Assembly (NCBI GenBank): GCA_973895155.1 | Contig: OZ316895.1 | Coordinates: 16,782,170 to 16,846,169 of the forward strand | DNA: 64,000 nucleotides | Direction of reading: 5' to 3' | From: Marsupella aquatica | Lineage: Eukaryota > Plantae > Marchantiophyta | Shown: positions 39,000 through 53,060 of the stretch, piece after piece | How positions within the stretch are numbered: the first letter of the stretch is position 1 | Layout of the letters: the number at the start of each line of letters is the position of its first letter | The notes under the pieces: generated by a model | Seen by the model: the letters and a program-made list of their open reading frames with translations, nothing else | Told to the model about the DNA's origin: nothing | The model's database searches: none | Program-made: the position numbers and the translations under genes

Positions 39000-41900
39000 T
39001 GGCAGACTGTCCTTTTGACGGCAGCTCAGCTATGTGCACGCGAGTGCAAATTGATGGCAGCCGCGGCGTCATCCTCTTGGGCTCCTGGCTCTGGAAGTCT
39101 CGCTCGCCATGCTTGACAGGTTTCTGAATTCTGAGGCGTGCTCATCTCGGCGGCACCGTTGACGTTGGCTACCTAGCTGAGACACTGGCCAGGAAGAGGT
39201 CGTCGAGCACCAAGGTATGGACGACTTCTTCAGGTGTCCTCCGTGACCTCGATGAAATGATGTGCAGACTACGGGGATGGAAATGATTCAGGTTCTAGCG
39301 CGTTTTCGATGCCACAACGTAAGCTTGGGTTAAGTCATGTCAACAGGTTGCGAAGGGAGAACGGCGGCCGCCACAGGACGGGGACACAGCGTTGGTGATC
39401 ATCACTCCACGGCGTACCTGGCTGATGTGGTCTTAGCTCTTTCCTCCCTGGCTGTCTCGGAATCGAACTGTGGGCTTTGCAGACATCGTGTACGGGTTCC
39501 TTGTCACGTCGATAGCGATTTCTTTCTTCAAACTTGTTCACGGGTAATGCTTGGCAAGTACAGTCGATAAATCTGAGCTTTTTACATTGAGGAATGGCAC
39601 CGTAGGTGTCAAAGGCTGAAATCTCGAATGGTAGTTTTTATTGGATTGGTAACGCTTGCCTTTAAAGTTGAGATATGTCGTTCTGCCTGGTTGGCTGTTG
39701 ATACCAGCGACGCGAGCTGGGCAACATTGAGCAGCGCTGTGGAAATTTGAAAATGTCATATGAGGCTCTCTACTTCCAGTTTCTGTGGAGGATGGGCACA
39801 TGATACAGAGGTCTCGATCTCCCGCAAGCCCAGGCAAAGCTTGACACGGTTGGTGGATGGATGGACTTGCTACGTCGGCTTGTACGAATTATCGCCGCAG
39901 AAGGGTTTCATTTGCTTCCTTTTCAAAGAAGAAGCTTGCAAGTTCGCTGTCAGCGCCTCAACTCTTCAAAGCACAAATTCAGGTGAATTGCCCGATGTCT
40001 GAATCTACTACTAACTGGTTATGCCGCCCGACACATGCTTCTTAGGGAAAATTAAGTAACGCCTACATCTGTCCCGTGCCATAAGTTGTTAGCATTCCTT
40101 GTGCACTCCTATCTCCATAAACACCTGGAACGGAACTGGTAGAGAAGCTACGCTGGCCGTTCTACAGCTGGAGCTGTAGAGGAAGCCCCTTTGTTGCTCC
40201 GAGGTCCAGTGAGGATATCTCTACAGCAGTTGTAAACCCTTGGCCGTGTCACTTAAATAGATCCTATCCTGTATTGTCGATCGAAGCTCTGACCCAAGCT
40301 CTGAAAAACATGTCCAGGTTAGAGACCACTTCCCGAGATGAGGCTCTATAGCCCTTAAATTTTAAGTCTTATACAGTTATTGCTTTCAGCTCTCGCGAAG
40401 GAGTACGCAACCTTCTCCGTAGTTTCCACAGCAACACACTCAGAGACTGGAGCTGGTCGGAAGTAATTTCAGAAGCCATCTGCTTCCCATCGTGGGAGAC
40501 TGAAGGAGAAAGACGATTGAAGTCGATGACTCCAGAGCTCCCCACGTGTATGAAGTGCCTCCAGGTATCCTTTGTCGGAAACTGTTGCGGGCTTTGACAA
40601 ACCGAGTCTTTGTTTACAGTGGTTGAATAACGATTGGTATTCTGACATAAGTCGAGGTCATGGAGACCTGTATTTCGAGAGGTTCATCAGTGCAATTGTA
40701 GGGAAGCGCATGAGCGGAAAACCGACAGTATTCTCCGGTCCCCACAGGACGTTCATCTTCTTCTAGCTTCAAGTATCGCCCGCTTGTTAGAAGTTAGCCA
40801 CTAACATGTCTAGTACGTGGTTACAATTTACTCGGCAGGTCGAGTTCGTCGTCAATACCTGCCTCTTGTCGGAAGCTCTGAAGCTAGCTAAGATGCCGAT
40901 CATAGATGTTCGACTTCACAGCTGTACTTTCCGTGTGTGGTCTACACTGCCTTGTTGGTGATTGGGAGGTAGGGCTTCTGATTCTTGGTTTAAGATAACA
41001 GCTAGCTGACTAATTCCTTCCTGCTCTGGGAGACAGCTTCATGTCGATTGGCTCATAGCTTGAGCATGTCAGTCACAAGCCATGCCCGTATTCATGTCGC
41101 CATTGGAGCCATGTAATTGACGCAATTCGGCAAACTATTTGTCGGCACGTTATACTGAAGTTCAAGCGTACCTGAAGGTCGTCATGTCGATCTTCCTGTC
41201 GCCTTGACCGAATTCATAGACTGGTCCTGTGAAGGTTTTCCTGTCACCTAATTTGGATCGGACCTGACGTCTAGTGCACTCGGTTGCATTGGTCTGCTTA
41301 ATTTGTTTGATCGTAGTCGTCCTGGCTTGGCTTTGGCAGCCATTTGCACTCGACACACTTCCCCTTGGCTGCTGTCTGGGCGAGGATTGACGCGTCCGTC
41401 TGTGATGCGTAGAAGATGTTCTGAACTGACTTTCCGACGAAGGCCACGCTGCGTCTATTCTGAGCTCTCGTCTTTGTAGCTTGCACTTCGACATTGTGTA
41501 TGAATAGATGGTTTGTTGTACCTTTTTGCACGGGATTCGGTTGCAGTACCAAGATAGCAGAAGACAACAAAGCTGTATTACAGCTCAACTTTATTATGGC
41601 AGTTGTAGTATGTTCCACATCCTAGCTCAACCTTGGAATTATTGGAGCAATTGTGCGTTGCTCCGATACAAAAGATGGCGGATAGGATCGTCGGCAAAGG
41701 GGTTCACCTTTTCTGTCTTGCAATTTCTGAAAGTTTAATTTGTTTCCGACTATATGGATATATAGACTAATGGTCACAGGAGAGATCTTAAACAAGGTCT
41801 TTATAGGGTCGTCGAGTGGTTTTATTCAGCGTACTGTAATGTAGAGTCGAAACGAAGTATCCTTTGACAATTTCTCGTGTTTTTTTTATGTGTTTGCGAC

Positions 41901-44900
41901 CAAGGGTCGTCTTACTTGCACCCAGCCCGGTACAGCACGAGAACTGGCGCCGGAGAAATAATCAAAGAACGGCTTTTGCCCCTCAGTTAATCTAGACTAT
42001 AAGCGTTTCATCCGTTATGTTGAACCCACGATGAATTGCATTCGTCTTGGACAGAAGAGTGCATTGCCAGGAATTTCCGCTGAGTGGTGGGCTGCTTCTT
42101 TCTATCTTTGAAGCCTCAGGCTAGGAGCCATATGAAAAATTTTACATTGTCATATTCTCGGACTCTAGCAAGAAGAATGCGAAAGGGAAGGTCCGCAAGG
42201 AGATGGATCGATCTCGATCTGCTGACGGTCATTGGCGATGAAGTCGACTGGACTGATTGAACTGTCAAAGTGCGGTCGAGAATATGCTGACAATCGTCCA
42301 GCAAGTGCATATATACACCGATCTTCAATTCTCAAGAACAATTTGTACTTCTTGTTTTCCTGAGTTGCACGACACGTGAAACCTCACTCTACCGGCTATG
42401 GTGGATTCACGTGTATTCGGAGAAGACGTTTCTCAAGATAGTCATCAATCAAACCCATTGCTCGATCAGACCATATTCCTTCTCAACAACCAAATCGTTA
42501 GCTGTGTGTATCCTGTACCTCGTTGACTCGAACACCTTTGTGCTGTAATGTATCCTGTAGTTTTGTGGCATATTGTATCCTGTACTTTTGTAGGCTCTCA
42601 AGCTGTTGTTCCTCCTGCATGCTGCTGGCATGTTTGTCTCTTGGGATCCATTGGAACTAACTTACCCTGGGAGCAGTTGTAGCCCGGAGGACGCATCAAG
42701 CAGTCAGGACGTAGCATTTTCCAATCTAACGACCTAGTTATGAAGTTGCACGACAATTAATATCAGTTATACTCGGAAGCCAGTTTATGATTCATGTACC
42801 CTCCAGCCAAGTGGAAAAATACAAGCGGCAAAAGCGCTTAGTTTGCTATACCCATGGTGAGACCAATAGTTTTCCAGTCGAGATCGGGTTCTAAGAACTT
42901 TGCTTAAATATTACGCTGGTGGAACAATCTCATCACTACTTCTGTGTCTGAAAGCTGAGGACATTTCTTTCGAAATTGTTTTTTCATGTGAAAAGTATGC
43001 TCAAGAAAGCACTCGCCAGTCAAGCGTCCCAGAGTTATTGGCGTCTGCGAGCTTTGTGGTCATCAATCGATCAGTTCCATACGACCGAGAGCATTGTGCC
43101 AGTATTGTACGTGATGTCTATCAAAGATCTCTGGCGTACTGTTTTGGTACAACTCTACGATTCAACGCTGCACATACACTCACGAAGAAGCAGTAGCCAG
43201 TGGACGAATAATGCGCGGTTTGAGGGACTTGCGCATTTACATCGATCCATGTTCTCCAATTTCTAATTATTATTTAATTGTTCTATTGTCTTGTCTCAGA
43301 TGCAGTTCTCGTAGCAGGCTCAGAGGAACAAAAGATGCACCTGCATGTAGCTGAAAGGAGCTGAAATTGCTCTCCCGAGAGATTTCCTCTTGGAGATCAA
43401 TCATGCGATTAAAGTGTTATCCGACTTTTCGAATAATTCGTGTTTTGAAGATATATTTTGTACGTAGTGGTCCAGATCTGGACGTGAGCATTATAGAACT
43501 TGTGGAAGAACACACAGAAGATCGCTAAGAATCTCTCAGTGTAGAAATTGTATTGAAGGACTGGCCCAAGTGCTGGACTTCTTAATTATAACTTGTAGAA
43601 GAACACACCGACGATGAAGATCTTGTTTAGCGTAGACGTTTATGTTCATTATCACCGACATTACTTTTCCCTCCAGATTCTCACAAAATGAAGCACTCCG
43701 GTGGTACGGAAATGGTCGCTTGCAAGATTGCAGATCGTCCACAATGTTGTTCAACAAACTCTTCAATTTGGTGCCCATCTTGTTCGCGGTCTCAATTTCT
43801 ATCGTTTGTTCAACGTCTTGCAGGCAATGGGTGGTCTTCGTCGCATTGGAAGATCGAGCTTCATGCTCATATCGAAGACGTAGTTGATGCGGAGAATCCA
43901 AGCTATTTCACCGAAATCGAGCGCAATGAGTAAGCCACTTCAAACTATTGAATTGCTTGCTGCCTTCGCTTCTATCTTGCTTCAATAAAATGTAATATTG
44001 TACCGCGTAATTCTTGCAAAATATAAATTGCAAGATCTAACGTCGGTCACGAAGTCAAGCCCGTCAGCACTATACACCAAATGAGCAGGACGAGAAACTC
44101 GCTGTGGATCGATCATGTGGCCGTCTCATGTCAGTCGACGTATTCATTTGCATCAAATTTCTCGCAAGTCTTCCTTTGATTCTTCAACAGCATACAAGAA
44201 GATTCATTGGACGTTGTGGAATGATCGATGGAAAATAAGTCCCCTGGGATCATGTGCATATGGATACTTGACATTGGCCTGACGGCCGTTCTCGTCAACC
44301 AGGTATCAGCACGGAGTTAGGTGAATGCTTCGTTCTGATGCCTTCTGTCGATCCGTTTCAATCCATCAACAAATCCGCGGAAAGCTTGGTCTTCCAGTGA
44401 TTTTCTTATGAAGCTGATGTTGCTAGCTTCTAATAGTACAGTTTTATTTGTTCAAAAGAATGTCTTGGAAGCCTTGGTGTATGTGAAGACGTCAGAACGC
44501 ACGGTTCTATGTATCAAACTAATAGAACAACAAAAGAATTGCCTCAATCTTTACGTTTATACCCTGGAAACCGTGCAGTGGCAGATGACGCATGTGGCAA
44601 ATCGTAATTACACGGACATCACACTAGGCCCTTGAAGCTGTACCTTCTTTTGGTGTAGCCTTTTCATCTCCAAGTCAGTCGGACCATAAAGAAGTATGAT
44701 CGAAGAACCAGATTGCGCAGCTCTAGCTGTCAATTGAAATCGCTCAGATAAAGCAGTATTACCGTTACGTGTACCACATTGTATGTCTTTCCACTGTCAA
44801 AGGATGCAAGGATCATCTGCGAACTAAGTACTAGATGATCTAATTGGTTCAATTTGTCACAGGCATGATCACCTGTACCGGGAACGAATGCGCTACTTTG

Positions 44901-47600
44901 TGATGCACACCATTATGCAAGAGCGAATACTCTTGGATGAAGGCTTCTTGCTGGGCCTTCTCGTGGTTGTAACGTTTCAGGAGCGTCCCTGCCAGTGTAG
45001 CTAGACCTCGATGGCTTCACCTTTTGTGGGTCTTTGGCACGATGGGTCTTAAAACCACTACTGCTAGAGGCACTTCAGGGGTATTAAGAGAAGCTGCGCA
45101 TCTAGCTTAAGGATACTTACATCAATGAATGGTTTCTGCTCAGTACCCACTGTCATTGAAAATACTGATCTTTCCCTCCATGCAATGCAGTTTCGGTAAC
45201 ATGACAGTCAAGATGCTGAACGACGTTTCCCACGCCGGTCAACTCAGGATTTGACATGCCATATCTACAGTAGATCACATCATTGGTAAAGGATATACTG
45301 TCTCGTCACTCGTGATATTAAGCAATACTCCAGACAGAATGCTTGCAATATCTGCAGTAAACACGGGGGTACATTTGTCCTGCACACGTGTGATCGTTGC
45401 AAGTAGGGATGTAGCATTGATGTGCATGTCATTGGCACTGTCTAACCTTTGTGGGTAATAATGAAAAGCCAGGAGCCCAAGTGTGTAACCTGCAGTAATG
45501 ATTTGGAGACATCCTGGGAGGGATGGTGTAGTGGCGTTCTTGCAGTACATCTGGGGTGCTTGTCCATCCTAGAATCGCCTGCTTTCGAATCAGTTTCGGA
45601 CGCCTGCAGCTATATGCAATACCTTGGAGTTGTACCTGTAGGTTCTCTCGCACAGCTGCTTTTGTTCAAGTCGAACCAAAATATTTCTCTTGCAATATTT
45701 CAGAGAAGAGTAATAATTGTGGTCCTGCTTCTGGCAGATGATTTGCCAGATTGCTCCTGTGACTTCCGTCGTGAAACGCAATTTATATGCATGCATTTGT
45801 TGCAATCTGGTCTGGGGAAACTCGTTTCTCTTTACTGAAGATGTACGTCCTTTCGTCTACCCTACTCTTTGACCTGCAGGATGCGTCGATTTTCTAATGT
45901 CTGTCCCTGGTGTCGTTCTAAGATGTAGTCCGCTAGTGGTAAACTTTGGAGTCAGTCCAGGGCTCTTTTGATCCCAATGCCAAACATTGAGTTCAAACTG
46001 TCTTTTATTGATGCAATTGATTAATAAATTCTGGAGATTGTTGCTTAAGCGTTCTGCACGATGGGTTTCTGTTGTTTTAATTAGTGTAACGAAAATCAAC
46101 TAGTTACCTTGCCAGGTTGCTTTTGGACATGTGAGGATGGTGATGCAAGCTTCTGTTTATATCTACTGGGGAATGTTCTGAATCTTGACAGGGACTGTTC
46201 TCAACCCCAACAGTTCCGGCCGGGTTGACAGGAAGGCGACAAGAGGGACCCTGGAGCTTAAATTCCCCTCGTTGATAGTGGCGCTTGCTTTGGGCTATTG
46301 TCATCAATCTGGTGAAGTTTGTCGATAGACACGCAGTTTCGATCGTCTTCGAGTGCAGGTTTTGCTTTGGCAACCCAATATCTGATTTATCTGAAAGTGT
46401 CTTTGTTGGGGTCCACCCAAGCAACTGAAAGGTCAACAGGAATATATTCTCCTCAGTTATAACCGGGGAAGTAGACCTGTTGCAGAGACCTAGCCATTTA
46501 AACTCTGGTACTACGGCCTGTGTAGCTCTGTAGCTTCTCCTGGCGGCCGTGTTTGAGCGACTGTTGACGTGCAATGCCAGAGGTGGTAAGCCTGCGTGAC
46601 CCATTCTCTGTCTATTGTGTCTCACAGTAGCGTTGTGAATCTTTGATACTGTTGTCTGTGTAGCTTGCGGCGGCCGTTAGAGAGCAAGTGCTGGACATGC
46701 CTAGCCAGAAGCTTAAAACCTACGTCCATCCACAATCTATGGTAGTCCGTTGTTTGTCGTTGCATTGTAATTAGAAACAGATACCTTCGTGTAGCCGCGT
46801 TGATACACCTGCTAGGATGTCGATTGTTGCGATCGATGTCTCTCGTTCTCTAGGTTACAAGTCGAAGACATGGCTGCACATACGGTTCGCTGTCTCAATT
46901 CGATGTGGATTATGTTATGTGCATTGCTCTTGGATACAGATTAGGACCTTTTGAAAGAGTGCTGTGAAAATGCGGTTCATTTCTTGTCGGAGATCGAGAG
47001 CAAGATTTGCGATACAGTATCTGGACCATTGTCAGATGTGGTCGTAAGGACCGATCAGTACGACGTCTATTCTCAATGCAGTGAGCACCACCGATCGTTC
47101 ATCGTTGTCCTCGATTTGAACCACTTCAGTTGGTCTAGGATGGCATAGTTTTGGGTGCCACGCACAGTCAGTGCTTCTGCGACCTTGTTGCCATCGATCT
47201 GGATCATGCATGACCATCGTTCACAAGTCAGAGTCACGGGAAGGATACGAGCATTGCATGCTAACAAGCTAGCTGCACTACAATTCATTATGATAGTGTC
47301 TGTCATACACACCTCGACGACCACCAGAAGACAGTAGCACTCCGAAAGAATAACGTCCGCCTGTTTCCCTGAGCCTCGGTGCCCTGTTCACATATGGTGC
47401 GCTTGGGAAATTGAGCCCTCCTGCTGCAGCACGCGTGAGAAAGTGAACTGGGCAATCTGTCTTGCAGATATTTTTACTTTCTCTACTGAAGCCATCTACA
47501 GTTTTGTGGGAGACTGGGCCGACCACACGACGAGGTCTGCCGTCTGCATCCTCTGTGCGGTCGAGGCATATGGCGGTCCACGCTTGTACCTGTCGGTGTA
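39000..47600 (-). pseudogene. Heavily decayed large, apparently intronless gene, probably a DUF3638/DUF3645 P-loop protein
   Basis: Coding-like composition with broken minus-strand ORFs. Degenerate motifs occur in the expected order: REYD..WLL..RKKQ (~42160-42092), IV*IN..GKSRSLII (~42000-41958), KKMNV..PENTVGFP..IAL..LS (~40763-40680), VIDF..V..DGKQ..KL (~40530-40460), LDLGA (~40209-40195). Boundaries are approximate. Confidence 0.5.
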
Positions 47601-47809
47601 CATACTATGGGTATGTTATCCTCCAGTAGTTAGTCTGATACAATACAACCGTACGTATTGACTTTTCGAAGGATCTCGAATTTATACTTTCCCGTACTCT
47701 GGACATTTGGGAATGGTCCTCAAAAGTGATCTCTGCCCACTGAAGGACTTCTTTTCTGCAAATGATGCAGTAATGATACAAAAAACATTCCATTGCACAA
47801 ACGCTATGA

Positions 47810-48002
47810 CAGTACAGGCCATCACAGACCAATGTGGGTTGACGAAGAGCACTTTTATGTTCTCCTTAGTAATTGACAGTACAGGCCAGCCAAGTTAGAC
47901 CGATGTGGGTTGACGAAGAAGAGCACTTTTTATGGTCTCATTAGTAATTGACAGTACAGGCAAGCTAGACCGATGTGGGTTGACGAAGAGCACTTTTTAT
48001 GT
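47810..48002. repeat. ~70 bp unit x3 tandem repeat
   Basis: gacagtacaggc...agacc(a/g)atgtgggttgacgaagagcactttt repeated three times. Confidence 0.9.
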
Positions 48003-50341
48003 CGCATTATTTATGTTTTATTCGCCCTATCGGGTTCCAAGATACAATCATGAGGCGCAGTTCCTCTACTCCAAAACAGCAAACCGAAAACAATTTGCAC
48101 AATTGAATACTGGGTCCCAGGAATGTCGTGGAACGTCATGCGACAGACACAGGTTGATGCTGGGGCCTACAAGATTTACATAAATACTTTTTTAATATAC
48201 AGCACAATCCCTGCAGTTAGAAAGCACAATCGTGTCGTTATAGTCGACATATATACAGTAGACTTAGAATTTGGGACATGCTCCTTGCACATTGGGATAT
48301 GTCTACTCTTACAACATACTAGTTATTTTGTGGATAATGCTAGCAGCATCCAAGCGCTGAAGTCACCCCTCGTGGCACTACTTGACTGGACTTAACCCTT
48401 ACGTGGTTTTTCCCGTCCACGAATGTAAACTATATCGGGGATTCTAGATCTCATTTTCTCGATCATTCTGATGTCTATCTCGACAGGCTCAATGCTCAGA
48501 TCGCCATTTGTCCATAGTTCAGATTTTACGTCTTGATGTTTCCACTCCACCGCCCTTGTCCAAGATGTGCTCTGGCCACGAATTGCTACATCTTTAGGGA
48601 AAAGAACGAGTACCGTCGACGTCGTTCCCGAACAAACTGATGGCAGCCTAATGCAATTACGATTTTACGTATTAAAGTTTCCACTCCACCTTCCTTTTTC
48701 CAAGAAGTGCAAAGACTCCAAGAAATTGCTACATAAGAGCGAGGATCATCGTGGCACGGAGTTCCAAAGAAACTCATGGCAGCCCAACACAAAAGTACGA
48801 AGTGTGCAGTGAGAATAAAAAGGTCTTTCCTTCAAAGATGAATTTGAAACTTTTAATTTGATTTGTCCATAACTTTAATACATTCCCCTTCCCATATCTT
48901 GGACCTCTGCAGAAGTACAGTGGCCAAAACTTCCTTTTAACACTGGCACTTCCGGGTGCCCAAATTTAAGGTTTCTTCGAATGTGCGTTTCCTGCCAAGG
49001 CGTGCACCATCTACTGCATATATTTTTTGCTTTTAAACCCCTCTGTCTGCAAACTCAACATCCAAGTAACGTACGTCATAGACGCGAATCCTTTCATCAG
49101 TCCAAATGCGCGCCACTAGTTACTGTTCGCGAACTTACGGTTACAGATGCAGGAAGCTTAAGTAAGCATTGCACGATGGACCTTCGATCTGGAATCAGAA
49201 CGCCCAGGGACAAAACATTCGATGCCCTTCCAGATGCAACTAAAAAATGTGTGCAAAGCTGCTGTATGACGCCTTCTACTTCCATCCCTGAACATTTCCT
49301 CTCCTCTGAGTCCGCTCCACGTGATCGTGCCGCTGGGTTGGAAATCGAGCTCAAGAACCAAGACTAAACGCATGCGGTCGGCCACATGATATATTGACAC
49401 TGAACAAACGTATTAAGAGGTACGTAGACCTAATTGTCAAGTGCGCAGTTCACAAGTGAAAGGCTGCAGCCCAAGCTCAACGAAGCAATGACAAACCACG
49501 AGGTACACCTACACGTCAAGTACGCAGTTCACAAGTGAAAGGATGCAGTGCATGTACAACGAAGCAATGATCGAGTTCCTTCAGAATCTTTACAATTTCA
49601 CCAAGAGCTTACGATACGACGGGCATGGAACTTCACTGGGAAACCAAAGAGAGCACTGCGACACTTCGATCAAAGAGACGGACTTAGTGAATCGATCTAA
49701 CGCACAAGATGTCATAACGATTAGCTAGCGACTATGAAACCAAAGACTACATCATGCTCTCGTATATGTAACGCACAAGATGTCATTACTACCAGAGACA
49801 ATGAAACCAACAGTACATGCTCGAAACTGTGAAACCAGGCCACGACGTACTGAAACCTTTAAGATAACATCGATCGTCAACGAACAACACTGAGTTCTGA
49901 GGACATCTTTACGGGTATAAGTAGGTTTTGTTTTATTGAAGTACCATAAGATCGATGTGGAGGAGCACTAAACAACTCAAGAGTGAATTCGAAAGAAAAT
50001 CTCGCTTCGCTCGGCACTACATATGCACCGTGGAGGGTAATATCCACAGTCCGAATCGGACACTCTAAACGTTATGTGCCACTGAATATTAAACATAAAT
50101 ACTGAATCCTCTACAGCTCGCCAGAAGCGGCCGGAGTAAGACCCCCGAGAACACACAACTCGAGATGCCCGACATCTGGGAAGGAGAGAGTTCTAGATAT
50201 CAAGCAGTACTCGGAACTACAAGGAACTACAACTCTCGTCCTGATTAATTAAAGAAGTAAAGTTGGATCCCTGAGAAATTATTAATACGCTTGGGAAGGC
50301 GAGGTCTCATTCAATTTGCTGCTATTGAGTTAAACTCTAGC

Positions 50342-51415
50342 TCATCCGGCCAGAAGTAGAGTCGGATCCTCGAGGAACGTCGACTGGAGATGCTCCGCAT
50401 CCGGGAAGGCTAGACTGCTCGTCATATCGAAGCGATCGTTGCCAGTTGAGGGCAGGTTCCGCAGAAAATGATCTCTCTCATCGTCATGGTAGTGGGAGGT
50501 AACAGAAGTCATATGATCATCGAAGTCGCCACCATGAAGGAAATGGTCTGTTTGCTGGTCAAAGATTCCATACTGGGTCTGCTGGTCAAGCAATCTCCGT
50601 ATACAAAATTGCCCGTCTAGTCTTGACAACGGATCTTGGGGACAAGCTGCAGCCTTCGACGCCGGGCTGGAGTTCGCCGAGTCCGACTCCTGGACCTCCA
50701 AAGATGCAGAAATCGAGAGCTCTCTCGTGATATCGCTGGACGCTCCACTAACTAGACGGTAGTCTTCTTCAAACAGAAGCTCAGGATATCTTTGTGTGGG
50801 CTTGTGTCCAATTCTATCGGTGACACACGACGACGTCTCCGAAGATGAAAAAGTCCTGTTCGCCGCTTCATCCGCCGGTGAGATCCGGGGGATGAAGCTT
50901 CTGGGGATGGTACTTTGATTGGACCCTAGGAATCGGTCATCCGGGAAAGAGCTTATCTGCATTCCATCGCTTCTAGTAGATTGCACAGCATCATTTCCAA
51001 TGCATCGATACAAATCTATCTCAGGAATGGTACCGAGCTCCGGCGTTGTCCTGTACCCTGGGCCCAAGTGGATCTGCGCCTTCATAGCCAAATTCGTGAT
51101 CCACTCCAGGGCGGGCCTCCCTTGAAAGGAGCTCGCGCCAGCGATATCATCAACGTGACTGAATTGTTGACTGGGATGCATGAAATTCGTTCGGGCCTTA
51201 AGGCCTCTCATAGATAGTGCTGCATTGTCATAAGCTTCCGCAGCTGCCTCAGCCGTGTCGAACGTCCCCAGCCATTTCCTCTCCTTTGTGTTCGGATCGC
51301 GAATCTCAGCAGCGAAACGACCCCATGGCCTTCGTCGTACTCCTCTGTAACGTCCTTCGCGAACCCTTTTCCCCCTCTTCTCTGCTACCTTCTTCATAGT
51401 AGTAGTTTGCGTCAT
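50342..51415 (-). CDS. AP2/ERF transcription factor, ERF class VIII (DRN/ESR1, LEP, LAXR/STEMIN-like), single exon
   Basis: 357-aa ORF with one N-terminal AP2 domain [57 protein letters not shown]. The RDPxTKERxWL and SMRGxxARTNF signatures fit group VIII. The C-terminus is acidic/Ser-rich. An in-frame stop lies upstream of the ATG. Confidence 0.93.
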   Translation of the reverse strand: MTQTTTMKKVAEKRGKRVREGRYRGVRRRPWGRFAAEIRDPNTKERKWLGTFDTAEAAAEAYDNAALSMRGLKARTNFMHPSQQFSHVDDIAGASSFQGRPALEWITNLAMKAQIHLGPGYRTTPELGTIPEIDLYRCIGNDAVQSTRSDGMQISSFPDDRFLGSNQSTIPRSFIPRISPADEAANRTFSSSETSSCVTDRIGHKPTQRYPELLFEEDYRLVSGASSDITRELSISASLEVQESDSANSSPASKAAACPQDPLSRLDGQFCIRRLLDQQTQYGIFDQQTDHFLHGGDFDDHMTSVTSHYHDDERDHFLRNLPSTGNDRFDMTSSLAFPDAEHLQSTFLEDPTLLLAG

Positions 51416-51974
51416 TAGATCACCTTGGGAGCAAATTCAAGCAAAGCTTCAGATGTCGGGCGCGCTCTTCATTCTTGAAACAACGGGTATCCATAGATTC
51501 GTTCGAGGAGGGACGCCATGTCTACTACAACCAACTGGTGAAGCTTACAAATACGAGCTCGAGTTATCAAACTACTCCAGCACAAGTCAGGCAGCAAATC
51601 ATAAGCTATGGTGACATAGCTGAAACAAGCTGGGTAGAGAGTAGGACTCCGAGTCTCATGCTCGGTGACGACTTCATCTGGAGCGACATGCTGAAATGAG
51701 GAACAAAGAGCTGTAGCAACAACATGGAGTGGTCTACTCACAGGTGGGACTGTGTACCAGCTTCAGCCCTTGCAGGTGTCTGAAGCGACCCAAGTATCTG
51801 GTAGGGCGTCGATGTCTTGCAGGGAACAGGTGATCCAGCGAGAGATTCTTCCGAGAGACCTCGATCCTCAGGTCACTTGATTTCTTTCTTTTCGACTAAG
51901 GCACCAGTCCAGATGTGCGTTTGCAATCTCCTGGCCCGGAGTTCTTCAGCTGCTCAGTTTGGACCAGCCGCTCC

Positions 51975-51982
51975 ATATATAT
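51975..51982 (-). promoter_or_regulatory. Candidate TATA box of the ERF gene
   Basis: catatatatggagcgg on the minus strand in a GC-richer context, ~560 bp upstream of the ATG. Confidence 0.35.
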
Positions 51983-52389
51983 GTGCTCCTGAAGAGAGAA
52001 GAACCCTCCGCTCAATGCGCTCCATCCTTTGGGGCGCGTTCTTCGACACCAATTTGCCTCCTGTGACTCTCCCTCTTCCGCTGTGCGTTTCTCGATTACT
52101 GCTTTGCGTTTCCTAATCATGCACAATTGTCCTACTTATTTGAGGGTTGCTGTAATTATGGGCATCCCGACAACCTGGTGTAGGGGATCCAGTTTCACCC
52201 GGCGATCACGTTTAGGGAAACTAGAACAGATCCTCTCCCTCCCGGCTTTCCCCTCTCGTATCTCTATCTACCTCCAACCGATAAAATTATTGACACTCGT
52301 ACAATTCCCAAGGAAATACTGTACACTGTTTCTTATTTTCCCAAGTCTTCCGCTCTTGCTTGCTACAGGCCTGTTTTTTCCGTTGAGTA

Positions 52390-53060
52390 GTGTCCACCGT
52401 GCTTAACTGCAGTCAGGTCATGTAATCGGGTGTCCACCGTGCTTAAGTGCAGGCAGGTCATGTAATCGGGTCGCTCCATATATGCTTAATCTTCTTCTTT
52501 TTTAAATCAATGAATGCACACAGTATATTGACACATTTTCATGTGTGAATATATTTTCATGTGTGATTACAGGCAGGGCATGTAATCCTGTAACATTATC
52601 TTTTCCATATGAATGCATAAAATATGTAACATATTATCTTTTCTCTATACACGCATAAAAAATGCAGTTTTCATCAGTGCATCTTGACCACAAAGGTACC
52701 CCTACATGCAGGTACCGTGAACCATAATACTTTAGGGTGTGGATAAGTGCAGGCAGTTCATGTAATCCCCTAATATTATTGTTTATTTTGCTATTAATAC
52801 ATGTAAATTAAAATATTTTATAATTGCATCTTGACCCTTACTAAAACCCAAAGGTACCCCTGTGGTCCTGGTACCCTAAGCCAGCGTACTGTATGGTGTG
52901 TATCTGCTGTATTCCCGTAATCTTGGCATTTTTTTTCTCTATAAATCTATCAAAATGTGTGCAGTTTTCATAAGTGCATCAGTCTTGACTCTCACTCAGC
53001 CACAAAGGTTGTACCCCTATATTCCTCGTACCCTTAACCATCATACGTTAGCGTGTGGGG
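52390..53060. repeat. Imperfect nested tandem repeats upstream of the ERF gene
   Basis: gtgtccaccgtgcttaa.tgcag..caggtcatgtaatcgg x2, further gcagg..catgtaatc copies, and tgcatc..cttgac..caaagg..tacccc..gtacc..aacc modules x3. Confidence 0.75.

Noticed and set aside
40535-40568. YLEALHTRG resembling the DUF3638-family YLDEAHTRG motif
   Set aside because: Out of order relative to the other collinear motifs and in a different frame from the adjacent VIDF block; treated as coincidence
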